Part shown: in pieces, positions 10,271-19,955 of the stretch
How the letters are laid out: each line of letters starts with the position of its first letter
Position numbering within the stretch: position 1 is the first letter of the stretch
The notes under the pieces: model-generated
The model's input: only the letters and a program-made list of their open reading frames with translations
Databases searched by the model: none
What the model was told of the DNA's origin: nothing
Assembly (NCBI GenBank): GCA_028692545.1
Contig: JAQUXC010000002.1
Location: 28,082 to 92,081, forward strand
Direction: 5' to 3'
Length of the DNA: 64,000 bases
Source of the DNA: Patescibacteria group bacterium
GTDB lineage: Bacteria; Patescibacteriota; Patescibacteriia; UBA1558; S5-K13
Made by a program: the position numbers and the translations under genes

Positions 10271-11296
10271 TTATTCCCTCATTCTTTTTTTTAAATAATC
10301 AACCCAAGGGTTTGGTTGTGGATCTATGTTGTTAAAATATGCCAAATAAAAAGATATATATGATGATAATCCAAGAACGTACATTGACTCATCCCAAACG
10401 TTTAAACCCTTTGGAATAATTTCTATAAATTTTATCTTTTTTTTACTCAAAATTTCCTTAAAAATATTATAACGTTTTTGATTCCTATCATCATATAATT
10501 TAGAATTTATGAGTACATAAATAATATTTTTATTTAAATCTTTCGGAGAACCAAGTCCTTCAAACTGATGATGACAAATCTCCGGCATTTGAAAATGAGT
10601 AGAAAATATTTTTCCTGTTTCATTTAATTGATTTTGAAAAACATGAGCATTACCAAACAAATGCTCTGATGCAACTATAATAGGAATTTTATTTAAAATA
10701 TTTTTTGCAAACTTCTCTGTAGTTTCTTTTCCAATACTAAAATATTTAGTCCCTTTTTTAATATCATTCAAATCAAATTTCAAAATATTTAATCCAATAA
10801 ACAAAGAAATCATACTAGCTATTGAGTATCCTATAGCAAATCTTGGATTTTGTGCAAAATTATATTTTGGATCAAACAAATATCCTGAAGTATTTGAAAT
10901 ATCAAAAGTTTTTCCACCTATACAATATATATTCATTTTTCTTTTCCTTGCATTTTTGAAACATTGTATTGACTCTTCCGTTGTTCCAGAAAAACTAGAA
11001 ATTACAATAAGTGTTTTGTTGTCCACCCAAGCTGGTAAATTGTAATCATTCAAAACAAGAATTGGTAATTTTATATTTTTGCAAAATACATTTCTCACAA
11101 GATCTGCACCGAGCGCAGAGCCCCCCATTCCACAAATCAAAACTTTGTTTATATCTTTGAATTTATTCTTCAAAGAACTAATTTTAAATTCACCAAAAAC
11201 TTGATCAAATTGTTTATGGGTATTTTCATAAGTTTTGAAAACATCACCTTTATCGAAAATAGCTATTTTTGATAAATTAGTATTTTTTGTTGTCAT
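10271..11296 (-). CDS. SIS-domain bifunctional phosphoglucose/phosphomannose isomerase-like protein
   Basis: LICGMGGSALGADLV SIS nucleotide-binding motif. The length of about 340 aa fits the archaeal-type PGI/PMI. Confidence 0.55.
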   Translation of the reverse strand: MTTKNTNLSKIAIFDKGDVFKTYENTHKQFDQVFGEFKISSLKNKFKDINKVLICGMGGSALGADLVRNVFCKNIKLPILVLNDYNLPAWVDNKTLIVISSFSGTTEESIQCFKNARKRKMNIYCIGGKTFDISNTSGYLFDPKYNFAQNPRFAIGYSIASMISLFIGLNILKFDLNDIKKGTKYFSIGKETTEKFAKNILNKIPIIVASEHLFGNAHVFQNQLNETGKIFSTHFQMPEICHHQFEGLGSPKDLNKNIIYVLINSKLYDDRNQKRYNIFKEILSKKKIKFIEIIPKGLNVWDESMYVLGLSSYISFYLAYFNNIDPQPNPWVDYLKKRMRE

Positions 11297-11300
11297 ATAT

Positions 11301-12545
11301 TTATTTTTTATTTATAAAAAAATCATATAATATTCTAAGCAAAATAACAAATAATAATACATTTCTTATAAGTAATAAAATAATAGAAACATAGCCAAAT
11401 GATACCAAATTTGCATAATAAAAAGGAAAAATTATTATAGTCAAAAATATTATAAATAAAAATATTTTACTAACAAAATTATTTTTCCTATGAGAGAAAG
11501 TATCTAATAAAAATATAAATGGAAACAACCAAATTAAATATTGTGGTGAAAAAACCTTATTCAATAAAATATATGTCAAAGTCACAATACTAAAGGAAAA
11601 AATAATATTCTTTGACAAATTTTCACTCCAATCATTCTTTTTGTATATAAAATACAATATAACAATATAAAAAAATAAGAATATATATAATGAAATTTTA
11701 GAAATAAATTCCAAAAAACTTCCAGAAATAATCCAACAAGCTCCATCGTTAATTATCTCTATTCCAGATATAATATTTGTTTTTGATAAAAATAAAATTA
11801 TAGAACTATAAAAACTTTCAATCTGTAATCCTCTATTTGAGTGAAAATTGAAAAAATAAAAAACACCATCTCTTCCAAAAAATAGAAAAATAATATTCAA
11901 TACAAAAAATAAAAAACTATAAAAATAACTTTTCAAAAAAATGTTTATATTTTTTTGTCTAATATCTGAAATAAACATTACTGGTAAAAGTAAAAATGGA
12001 TATAATTTCAAAAATCCAGCTAGTATAACAAAAATATAAGATAACACATGATGAGTATATTTTTGCTTTTTATATGAAAGTAAATAAAAATATATCCCCA
12101 AAACAACAAAAAATACAGGATAAATATCATAGCGTAATAGAAGAAGCCACAAAAATATAAATATAAATATAATTTGATAAATAATCGTTTTGAAATTTAT
12201 ATCTTTTTTATATAATTTTAAAATTTTCATAGAAGCAAAACTTGTAAAAAATACTATCACAAAATTAAAAAAAGAAAATATATAAAAATAAGATGTTATA
12301 TCTTTACTAAAAATTCTTGGCAATAAAAAAATATATGACGCCAACAATGGATATTCAAAATCAAAATCAATATATGGAATAAACCCCATCATTATATTGT
12401 CGGCTATACTTTTATAGAGATGTATATCTGTAAGTAGATATGAAAATTGGAATGATAAAAAATATAATACAATAAAAATTACAAAAAATAATACAATCAA
12501 AAATATATGTGGCAAAAAAAACAATAAATTTCTGTTTTTATTCAT
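11301..12545 (-). CDS. Polytopic membrane protein, possibly a GT-C glycosyltransferase (DUF2029/GT87-like)
   Basis: Extremely hydrophobic with about 11 TM helices. In an operon with the GT2, LtaS-like and SIS genes. Confidence 0.5.
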   Translation of the reverse strand: MNKNRNLLFFLPHIFLIVLFFVIFIVLYFLSFQFSYLLTDIHLYKSIADNIMMGFIPYIDFDFEYPLLASYIFLLPRIFSKDITSYFYIFSFFNFVIVFFTSFASMKILKLYKKDINFKTIIYQIIFIFIFLWLLLLRYDIYPVFFVVLGIYFYLLSYKKQKYTHHVLSYIFVILAGFLKLYPFLLLPVMFISDIRQKNINIFLKSYFYSFLFFVLNIIFLFFGRDGVFYFFNFHSNRGLQIESFYSSIILFLSKTNIISGIEIINDGACWIISGSFLEFISKISLYIFLFFYIVILYFIYKKNDWSENLSKNIIFSFSIVTLTYILLNKVFSPQYLIWLFPFIFLLDTFSHRKNNFVSKIFLFIIFLTIIIFPFYYANLVSFGYVSIILLLIRNVLLFVILLRILYDFFINKK

Positions 12546-12652
12546 ATTTTCTATATCAATCCTATATATTATACCCCAGTTTTATTCTTTACACGAATAA
12601 AAAGAATTGTTAATATTGATTTATACTTTAATAATAACTAATAGTTAATAAT

Positions 12653-13354
12653 ATGTCTGGACACTCAAAATGGGCCACAACAAAACACAAAAAAGCACTT
12701 GTTGATGCTAAAAAATCATCAATTTTTACAAAACTTGCAAAAATAATATCAGTTGCAGCAAGAAATGGTGCTGACTCTGATATGAATTTTCAATTGCGAA
12801 TGGCTATAGATAAAGCTCGTGCTTTTTCTATGCCAAAAGAAAATATAGAAAGAGCAATAGCAAAGGGCGCTGGTATTGGAGAACAAAACAATCTTGAAGA
12901 AATTACATATGAAGGATATGGTCCAGAAGGAGTTGCAATAATAATAGAACTTGTAACAGACAACAAAAATAGATCTGCATCTGAAATAAGACATATTTTA
13001 TCAAAAACTGGTGGATCACTTGGAGCAAGTAATTCTGTACTGTGGCAATTTGAAAAACGTGGAGTAATATATTTAAAAAATACAGAACTCTCTGATGAAC
13101 AAGAACTCCTTATAATAGATGCTGGGGCAGATGATATAGAAAAAACTGAAGATGGAATAATGATTCTCACATCTATAGAAAATTTACAAAAAACCCAAGA
13201 AAAATTAAAAGATGTAATAGAAATAGAAAATGCAGAAGTAGAATACATTGCAAAAAACAAAGTAAAAATGCAAAATCCTGAAAAACTAGAAAAACTCATA
13301 GAAATGCTTGATGAAAATGATGATGTAAATAATTTTTATACAAACGCAGAATAA
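12653..13354 (+). CDS. yebC: YebC/PmpR family DNA-binding transcriptional regulator
   Basis: N-terminal MSGHSKWATTKHKKA signature and colinear YebC fold motifs. Confidence 0.85.
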   Translation: MSGHSKWATTKHKKALVDAKKSSIFTKLAKIISVAARNGADSDMNFQLRMAIDKARAFSMPKENIERAIAKGAGIGEQNNLEEITYEGYGPEGVAIIIELVTDNKNRSASEIRHILSKTGGSLGASNSVLWQFEKRGVIYLKNTELSDEQELLIIDAGADDIEKTEDGIMILTSIENLQKTQEKLKDVIEIENAEVEYIAKNKVKMQNPEKLEKLIEMLDENDDVNNFYTNAE

Positions 13355-13430
13355 TAATAAAGTACCAAGTTTAAAGTTGTAAAAAAAATCCAAAACTTTA
13401 CAACTTTATAACTTTTAACTTGCATAAATA

Positions 13431-13925
13431 ATGCCTCAAATACAAAAAAAATCCCCAAAAATTATCTTAGGAATCGATCCTGGCCTTGCAACAGTAGGTT
13501 ATGGATTTATAACACAAGAAAAAGAACCACAACTTATCAGCTGTGGTTGTATTGAAACACAAGCAGGAGTTGATTTCAACAAAAGACTAAACACAATCCA
13601 CAAAGAACTCACACTTTTAATAAAAAAATACAAACCTGATTTTGTTGGAGTTGAAAAACTGTACTTCTGTAAAAATGTAAAAACAGCAATGGACGTAGGT
13701 CACGCTCGGGGTGTAATAATTCTTACATTGTCAGAGGCAAAACTTCCTATTTATGAATACACTCCACTTGAAATAAAGCTAGCTATTGCATCGTATGGAA
13801 AGGCTGACAAAAACCAAATAAAAGAAATGGTAAAAATTATTCTAAAATTAAAACAAGTTCCAAAAAAAGATGATACGGCAGATGCTCTTGCAATAGCACT
13901 TACTTGTAAATATAGAATGAGATAA
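13431..13925 (+). CDS. ruvC: Crossover junction endodeoxyribonuclease RuvC
   Basis: ILGIDPGLATVGYGF N-terminus and DDTADALAIALT C-terminal catalytic motif. Confidence 0.85.
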   Translation: MPQIQKKSPKIILGIDPGLATVGYGFITQEKEPQLISCGCIETQAGVDFNKRLNTIHKELTLLIKKYKPDFVGVEKLYFCKNVKTAMDVGHARGVIILTLSEAKLPIYEYTPLEIKLAIASYGKADKNQIKEMVKIILKLKQVPKKDDTADALAIALTCKYRMR

Positions 13926-14032
13926 TATATTAAAATATTGACTTTTTACTTTATAACTGCTTAAATATTATATACAGGTTTCAAATATAAAAGTTAATTC
14001 AAAATTCATAATTTGAAATTCACAATTAATAT

Positions 14033-14108
14033 GCGGGTGTCGTATAGTGGCTTATTATGTCAGCCTTCCAAGCTGAAGAGGGCGGTTCGATTCCGCTCAC
14101 CCGCTCCA
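14033..14108 (+). tRNA. tRNA-Gly (anticodon TCC)
   Basis: 76 nt cloverleaf. Acceptor GCGGGTG/CACCCGC, T-arm GGCGG-TTCGATT-CCGCT, anticodon stem TCAGC/GCTGA with loop CTTCCAA, and a 3' CCA. The alternative Trp(CCA) reading gives a mismatched stem. Confidence 0.7.
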
Positions 14109-14300
14109 TCCTTCGTTCGCTTAGCGAACTTCGGATGGCGCGCCACTCCTTCGAAACTTTATATAAAGAAGAAAGCCATCCGTATTCCCAAAAGGAATAG
14201 AAGGATAGTCCACCGAAGCCGTAGGCGAAGGCGGACGTGTATCCCAACTCTATTATATTTATATACACGTTTCGAATGACGCAACTATTCAAAGTCAACC
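14109..14300 (+). ncRNA. Candidate structured GC-rich RNA or leader downstream of tRNA-Gly; unclassified
   Basis: GC content is far above the local background. Nested helices include gttcgc/gcgaac, ggatggc...gccatcc, tattcc/ggaata and acgtgtat...atacacgt. No convincing ORF: 14013-14279 overlaps the tRNA. Confidence 0.3.
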
Positions 14301-14411
14301 ATCAAAAAATAATCTTTAAAAGATTATTTTTTGTTTTATATTAAGTTGATTTTTCCTTATTTCTCTGCTAAATTTAGATATATTAAACAATTAAAAGAAA
14401 GGTTTATAGCA

Positions 14412-15710
14412 ATGAAAATAATCAAAAAAGAACTCCCAAAAAATCAAGTAGAACTTACTATTGAAATAGAAGAAAAAGAATACCAAAAATTCGTAGAAAA
14501 AACTGCGGAAATTATGGCAAAAGAATCAAAAATACCAGGATTTAGACCTGGAAAAGCACCTTATGAAATAGTAAAACAAAAATTTGGTGAAAATGCGGTT
14601 TTACAAAATGCATTAGATGATATTCTTACTCATTTTTATTTTGAAGCTGTAATACAGGAAAAATTGGAACCAATTTCACATCCAAAAGTAGATATAGAAA
14701 AACTAGCTCCTAAAAATCCAATAATTTTCAAAGCAACAATAAATATTCTTCCCAATATAAAATTGGCCGATTTGGAAAAAATTGAAATAAAAAAGAAAAA
14801 AGCGAAAGTAGATAACAAGGAGATAGAAAAAGCAATTGAAACAATGAGAGACTTTGAAGCGAAAGAAACTCTTAAAGATACAGAAGCCAAAATTGGCGAC
14901 AAAGTAGAAATAGATTTTGTTGTGAAAATGGGTGATGTTGTAATAGAAGGTGGAACTGAAAAAAATTATCCACTTATTCTTGGCAAAGGACAAATGATTC
15001 CTGGCTTTGAAGAACAAATTGTAGGTCACAAAAAAGGTGATGAGTTCAAATTTAAATTGAGTTTTCCAACAGAATATCACAACAAAGGAATTGCTGGAAA
15101 GGAAGCAAATTTTGAATTGAAATTAAATTCTGTATTTGAAAGAGAATTGCCAGAAGTAAATGATGAATGGGCAAAAAGATTACAAGCAAAAGATTTGAAA
15201 GATTTGAAAGAAAAAATAAAAGAAAATTATCAAACTGAAGAAAATGCAAAAATAGAAAAAGAAACAGAAATGGAAATGCTAAATAAAATTATAGAAAATT
15301 CTGAAATAGGTGAATTTTCAGATGAAATAGTAGCTCAAGAAGCTCAAAAAATGATTGAGGAACTAAAGCATGAAATAGGTCATCGCGGAATAGAATTTTC
15401 TGATTATATTACAAAGCTTGGCAAAAAAATAGAAGAAATAGAGAAAGAATTTATGCCACAAGCAAAAAAAAGACTTGAGTCCTCTCTTGTGATAAGAAAA
15501 GTAATTGATGATCAAAAATTTGAAATCAAAGATAATGAATTAAATTCAGAAGTAGAAAAAGCAAAGATGATGTATGGAAATGGAGATGAAAAAACAAACA
15601 AACATATAGAGTCAGATCATTATAAGAATTATCTTATAAATACTCTCTTGAATAAAAAAGTAATGGAATATTTAACAGAAAAAATAATCCATGATGATGG
15701 GGAAAAATAA
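14412..15710 (+). CDS. tig: Trigger factor
   Basis: N-terminal ribosome-binding motif GFRPGKAP, length 433 aa and an FKBP-like middle domain. The 14412 start has an AAAGAAAGG RBS; the track ORF begins further upstream at 14331. Confidence 0.85.
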   Translation: MKIIKKELPKNQVELTIEIEEKEYQKFVEKTAEIMAKESKIPGFRPGKAPYEIVKQKFGENAVLQNALDDILTHFYFEAVIQEKLEPISHPKVDIEKLAPKNPIIFKATINILPNIKLADLEKIEIKKKKAKVDNKEIEKAIETMRDFEAKETLKDTEAKIGDKVEIDFVVKMGDVVIEGGTEKNYPLILGKGQMIPGFEEQIVGHKKGDEFKFKLSFPTEYHNKGIAGKEANFELKLNSVFERELPEVNDEWAKRLQAKDLKDLKEKIKENYQTEENAKIEKETEMEMLNKIIENSEIGEFSDEIVAQEAQKMIEELKHEIGHRGIEFSDYITKLGKKIEEIEKEFMPQAKKRLESSLVIRKVIDDQKFEIKDNELNSEVEKAKMMYGNGDEKTNKHIESDHYKNYLINTLLNKKVMEYLTEKIIHDDGEK

Positions 15711-17193
15711 AAAATTATTTATTTTCTTGGTATTACTATTATTGCTTTGTGGTTGTGATATAAAAAGTAATAACTCATCCAGTTATACGACTGGACAAAA
15801 CAATATGAATAAAAATGAAGAAAAAATTATCAGACTTCCAGCAGTTAGTGGTTCATTTTATCCATCTGACAAAAATGAATTAGGGACCATGATAAATAAT
15901 TTTTTGAATAATACTGAAAACAAAAATTATAAAAATATTAGAGCAATAGTCTCTCCTCATGCAGGAATGATTTATAGTGGACAAACTGCAAGTTATGGAT
16001 TTAAACAACTTGAAAATCAGAATATAGAAAAAGTAATAATAATTGGTCCAGTTCATAGTGAATATATAGATAATTTTGGACTTTCTCATGCTGATTATTG
16101 GCGTACTCCACTAGGAGATATAGAAATAGACAAAGAAATAAATTTTGAATTAGAAAAAAATGCCATATTTGAATTTACTGATTTAGCACTAGAAGAAGAA
16201 CATTCACAAGAAGTACAAATTCCATTTTTACAAGTTGTAATAGCAAACAATTGGAAACTTGTTCCTATATTAGTCGGACAAGTAAATTCTGAAGAAATTA
16301 TAAGTGCCTCTAAAATTATATCCAAATTATTGGATGATAAAACTATTATAGTAATAAGTACCGACTTGTCTCATTATTATAAAAAAGTCATTGCGAATGA
16401 AATGGATAAAAAATGTTTGGAATCAATAAAAAATTTGAAATATAATGAAGAATGTGAAGCATGTGGGGAAATTCCTTTGAAATTATTATTTGAAATTGCA
16501 AAAAATAATAATTGGGAATCGGAAGTGTTGCACTACAGTGATAGCGGAGAAATTACAGGAGACAAAAATGTTGTTGGATATGCTTCTGCAATATTTACAG
16601 GTGACTTGTCCACCGAAGCTTCAACGAAGGTGGAAGAAATAAAAAATTCAAATTATTCGAATGAAGACAAAAAATATTTATTAAATCTTGCAAGAAATAC
16701 TATAGATTATGCTCTCAAAAATAATGGGGAATTGATGAAAGTTGATGAAGATAAAATTCCAAAAAATCTCAAACAAAAAAGAGGTGTTTTTGTAACATTA
16801 AATAAATATGATAAACTTCGTGGTTGTATTGGCTACATCGAAGCAATTGAAAAATTATATAAAGCAGTTCAGCTAAATGCAATTTCAGCTGCGTTTGAAG
16901 ATACAAGATTTTCTCCCCTATCTCAAGATGAATTGAAAGATATAAAAATAGAAATATCAGTTCTCACAGTTCCACAAAAAGTAGAATTTGATGAAATCAG
17001 AAAAGATATTGATGGTGTTGTTTTGAAAAATGGCAAATATGGAGCAACTTATTTACCACAAGTTTGGGAAAATGTTACGGACGCTGATGAATTTTTTGGC
17101 TCACTTTGTCAAAAAGCAGGACTAGATTGGAATTGTTATGAAGATAATGATACAAAATTTTTTACATATCAAGTGGAAGTTTTTAGTGAATAA
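15691..17193 (+). CDS. Memo-like (AmmeMemoRadiSam system protein B) fused to an AMMECR1 domain, with a lipoprotein signal
   Basis: LLLCGC lipobox. The Memo motif is VSPHAGMIYSG and the AMMECR1 motif is RGCIGYIE...FEDTRFSPL. Confidence 0.7.
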   Translation: MMMGKNKKLFIFLVLLLLLCGCDIKSNNSSSYTTGQNNMNKNEEKIIRLPAVSGSFYPSDKNELGTMINNFLNNTENKNYKNIRAIVSPHAGMIYSGQTASYGFKQLENQNIEKVIIIGPVHSEYIDNFGLSHADYWRTPLGDIEIDKEINFELEKNAIFEFTDLALEEEHSQEVQIPFLQVVIANNWKLVPILVGQVNSEEIISASKIISKLLDDKTIIVISTDLSHYYKKVIANEMDKKCLESIKNLKYNEECEACGEIPLKLLFEIAKNNNWESEVLHYSDSGEITGDKNVVGYASAIFTGDLSTEASTKVEEIKNSNYSNEDKKYLLNLARNTIDYALKNNGELMKVDEDKIPKNLKQKRGVFVTLNKYDKLRGCIGYIEAIEKLYKAVQLNAISAAFEDTRFSPLSQDELKDIKIEISVLTVPQKVEFDEIRKDIDGVVLKNGKYGATYLPQVWENVTDADEFFGSLCQKAGLDWNCYEDNDTKFFTYQVEVFSE

Positions 17194-17203
17194 AACAAAA
17201 AAA

Positions 17204-17557
17204 ATGAAAAAAATATTTTCAGAAAATACAGCTAAAATTGGAAAAAATTATAAACAATGGATTATTGGAAATAGTATAGATAAATACCCGGAGCTTATGT
17301 CTGATAATGTAATGATAAAATGGGGTAAACATAAAAAAGGTGAAAAAAGAAAAAATTTTGTTTGTGATAAAAATATGTTTACCGTAACAATTCTTGTATA
17401 TGGAAAAATGCAACAAATATTTGAAAACAAAAAACTCCTACAAACAAAGGAAGGTGACCTTGTATATTATGCGCCAGGAGTTTATCACAAATGGATTGCA
17501 CTTGAAGACTCACTTATTATAACAATTAGATCATTTAATAAAATAAAAACCCAATAA
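17204..17557 (+). CDS. Hypothetical small protein, possibly cupin-like
   Basis: ORF with codon usage like its neighbours and GDLVYYAPGVYHKW. Start chosen at MKKIFSEN to avoid overlap with the previous gene. Confidence 0.4.
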   Translation: MKKIFSENTAKIGKNYKQWIIGNSIDKYPELMSDNVMIKWGKHKKGEKRKNFVCDKNMFTVTILVYGKMQQIFENKKLLQTKEGDLVYYAPGVYHKWIALEDSLIITIRSFNKIKTQ

Positions 17558-17589
17558 ATAATCTTAATATCACAAATAAATTTATATAT

Positions 17590-18627
17590 ATGAAAATACT
17601 AGGTATAGAATCTTCTTGTGATGAAAGTGCATTATCTCTTATTGAAATTGATAAGAATAACAAGATTACACTTTTAAAAAATCTCATTTCATCTCAGATA
17701 GAAATTCATAAACAATATGGTGGAATAGTTCCAGAAGTTGCAGCACGATGTCATGCTGAGAATTTTTTCCCATTGCTAAAAAAATTAGATATTGATATCG
17801 CGCGTGATGTTGACCTAATAGCAGTTACTTATGGCCCAGGACTTATTACATCTCTTATTATAGGACTAGAACTTGCAAAAACACTTTCATATATTTACAA
17901 AAAACCATTGATAGAAATTAATCATATAGAAGCGCATATTTATAGTAATTGGCTTACTTATCCAGAATTATTTAATGAGAAAACAACTTTTCCAGCACTT
18001 GCCGTAGTAATCTCTGGTGGTCACACTCAAATATTTTTAATGAAAGATTATGGAAAATATAAACTATTAGGAGCTACAGTTGATGATGCAGTTGGTGAAG
18101 CATATGACAAAGTTGCAAAAATATTAGAACTTGGCTATCCAGGTGGTCCAATAATAAATAAGCTAGCCAGCGAATATTCTAAAAAACCAAGCTTTGAATT
18201 TCCTAGACCAATGCTAAACACAAAAGATTATAATTTTTCTTTTTCTGGACTTAAAACTTCTATATTATATAAGTGGCGTGACGACCCCTCGACTTCGCTC
18301 GGGCCAGGAAAAAAAAATAAAGTAATAAGTGAATATTGCAAAGCTTTTGAAAACGCGATCTGTGATGTACTTTCAAAAAAAATTATTAGCGCTGCAAAAA
18401 ATTATAATGTAAAAAATATAATTTTAGGTGGTGGAGTAAGTGCAAATAGTTCTATAAAAAGTAGAATAAAAGCTGATGCTGAAAAATTAAGCATAAAAAC
18501 ATATTTTCCGGAACTAAAACATACCGGAGACAATGCTGCGATGGTAGCAGTTGCTGGGTATTTTAATAGAAATCGTGCTCGTAAAAATAATTTCAAAATA
18601 ACAGCTGATTCTAATTTGAGCTTGTAA
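17590..18627 (+). CDS. tsaD: tRNA N6-adenosine threonylcarbamoyltransferase TsaD (Kae1/YgjD)
   Basis: MKILGIESSCDESA N-terminus and HIEAHI metal-binding motif. Confidence 0.9.
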   Translation: MKILGIESSCDESALSLIEIDKNNKITLLKNLISSQIEIHKQYGGIVPEVAARCHAENFFPLLKKLDIDIARDVDLIAVTYGPGLITSLIIGLELAKTLSYIYKKPLIEINHIEAHIYSNWLTYPELFNEKTTFPALAVVISGGHTQIFLMKDYGKYKLLGATVDDAVGEAYDKVAKILELGYPGGPIINKLASEYSKKPSFEFPRPMLNTKDYNFSFSGLKTSILYKWRDDPSTSLGPGKKNKVISEYCKAFENAICDVLSKKIISAAKNYNVKNIILGGGVSANSSIKSRIKADAEKLSIKTYFPELKHTGDNAAMVAVAGYFNRNRARKNNFKITADSNLSL

Positions 18628-18707
18628 ATATTTCAAATATATTTTTTAATTTTAAAAGGATGATGCTCATAGAACACCATCCTTTATATTCTGTTGAGAC
18701 CAGAAAA

Positions 18708-19070
18708 TTAGTATTTCCCGGTCTCAAACATTCTTTGTTCAATTCTATTGGCCCAAAGTTGGGCCTGTTCTTCATTAAGGGGCAATGTCTTCTCAAGCTT
18801 TTTAGACTTGTAATAACTACCCCTTTTTGTCACATGGGACTGACATACTATACTATCCTTGATAAAAATGACGTTGCCAGAGTAAGCTTCCGGCATCGAT
18901 GACTCTTCAAATGTCTGAAGATATGCCGTCTTGCCATCAACAAATACCCACGGGGATTTTGGCTCAGACTTTGACGAACATTGACCAAGAAACATTAGTA
19001 TCAATATAATTATAATGATACCAAGTTGATAGTTCATGGCAGAAATTTTTGTTTGTACTTCATCACTCAT
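18708..19070 (-). CDS. Putative lipoprotein, hypothetical
   Basis: TM/lipobox LILMFLGQCSS. GC is higher than the surrounding genes. It overlaps a probably spurious plus-strand ORF at 18660-18902. Confidence 0.4.
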   Translation of the reverse strand: MSDEVQTKISAMNYQLGIIIIILILMFLGQCSSKSEPKSPWVFVDGKTAYLQTFEESSMPEAYSGNVIFIKDSIVCQSHVTKRGSYYKSKKLEKTLPLNEEQAQLWANRIEQRMFETGKY

Positions 19071-19347
19071 GATTCCTCCATATTTTACCTATTTTCTAGG
19101 ATTTTATATATTCTATCTATATTAACATATATTTATGCAATTGTCAAGTATAACAGCCTCAAATCTCAATTGCCCAAACCCCCCATTTTTGTTATGCTTT
19201 ATTGTATGAAATCAATTACATTATTAAAAATTAGCAGATTTAAACTATCATTTGCGTGGTATGATTTTTGGATTGGCATATATATTGATAGAGATAATAA
19301 AAAGTTATATATTTGTCCTATTCCAACATTACTTATTACTATAAATT

Positions 19348-19779
19348 TTGGAAATGACTAAACATATTACAAAATCACTAAAAGAAACCAGATTGCTTGG
19401 AAAAAAATTAACAAAAAATTTTAATTTTCATGTAATAGGATTAAATGGTGATTTGGGTGCAGGAAAAACTGCAATTACAAAGGGAATTGGTGGGTATTTT
19501 GGCATAGAAAATATTACAAGTCCAACATTCGTAGTAATGAAAATTTATAAAACGCTAAAAAATAATTCCAAAATAAAAAACGTAGTACATATTGATTGCT
19601 ACAGACTCGAAACTTATGACGCACTTCTTGATATTGGACTTGAAGATTATATAAATGATGAAAAAAATCTTATAATTTTAGAGTGGGCTAATAAGATTTG
19701 TGACTATTTACCAAAAGAGACAATTTATGTAAACTTTAAACTAGGGACTCATGAAAATGAAAGAATAATAGAATATTAA
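19348..19779 (+). CDS. tsaE: tRNA threonylcarbamoyladenosine biosynthesis ATPase TsaE (YjeE)
   Basis: P-loop GLNGDLGAGKT and HIDCYRL motif. Confidence 0.8.
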   Translation: MEMTKHITKSLKETRLLGKKLTKNFNFHVIGLNGDLGAGKTAITKGIGGYFGIENITSPTFVVMKIYKTLKNNSKIKNVVHIDCYRLETYDALLDIGLEDYINDEKNLIILEWANKICDYLPKETIYVNFKLGTHENERIIEY

Positions 19780-19800
19780 AATTTTTGCACTTTGTGTTTT

Positions 19801-19925
19801 AGGGTAGTCACCTCGACCGATCCCGCAATGCGGGAGAATGGAGAGGTCTCGAAGTTATTTAATTAAATACAATTTCGAGGTTTCTCGACTTCGTCCCGCT
19901 CAGCGGGACTTCGCTCGAAACGACA
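19801..19925 (+). promoter_or_regulatory. GC-rich multi-hairpin element immediately upstream of valS; candidate leader or regulatory RNA
   Basis: Hairpins cccgc-aat-gcggg, ctcgaa...ttcgag and gtcccgc-tca-gcgggac. No T-box consensus is recognisable. Confidence 0.35.
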
Positions 19926-19955
19926 TAGGAAACAAAAATCATACAAAATAAACAC

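Noticed and set aside
14033-14108. Alternative reading of the first tRNA as tRNA-Trp (anticodon CCA)
   Set aside because: That register leaves a C-A mismatch closing the anticodon stem. The TCAGC/GCTGA register gives a perfect 5-bp stem with loop CTTCCAA (U33, A37) and anticodon TCC. The body also resembles Gly tRNAs.
14013-14298. ORFs 14013-14279 (+) and 14026-14298 (-) across the tRNA-Gly(TCC) and the GC-rich region
   Set aside because: They overlap a bona fide tRNA. The Arg-rich translation is typical of a structured RNA read as protein. This region is treated as ncRNA or leader instead.
18660-19361. ORFs 18660-18902 (+) and 19026-19361 (+)
   Set aside because: The first is antisense to the better-supported lipoprotein-like 18708-19070. 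The second spans AT-rich promoter-like DNA with no motif support.
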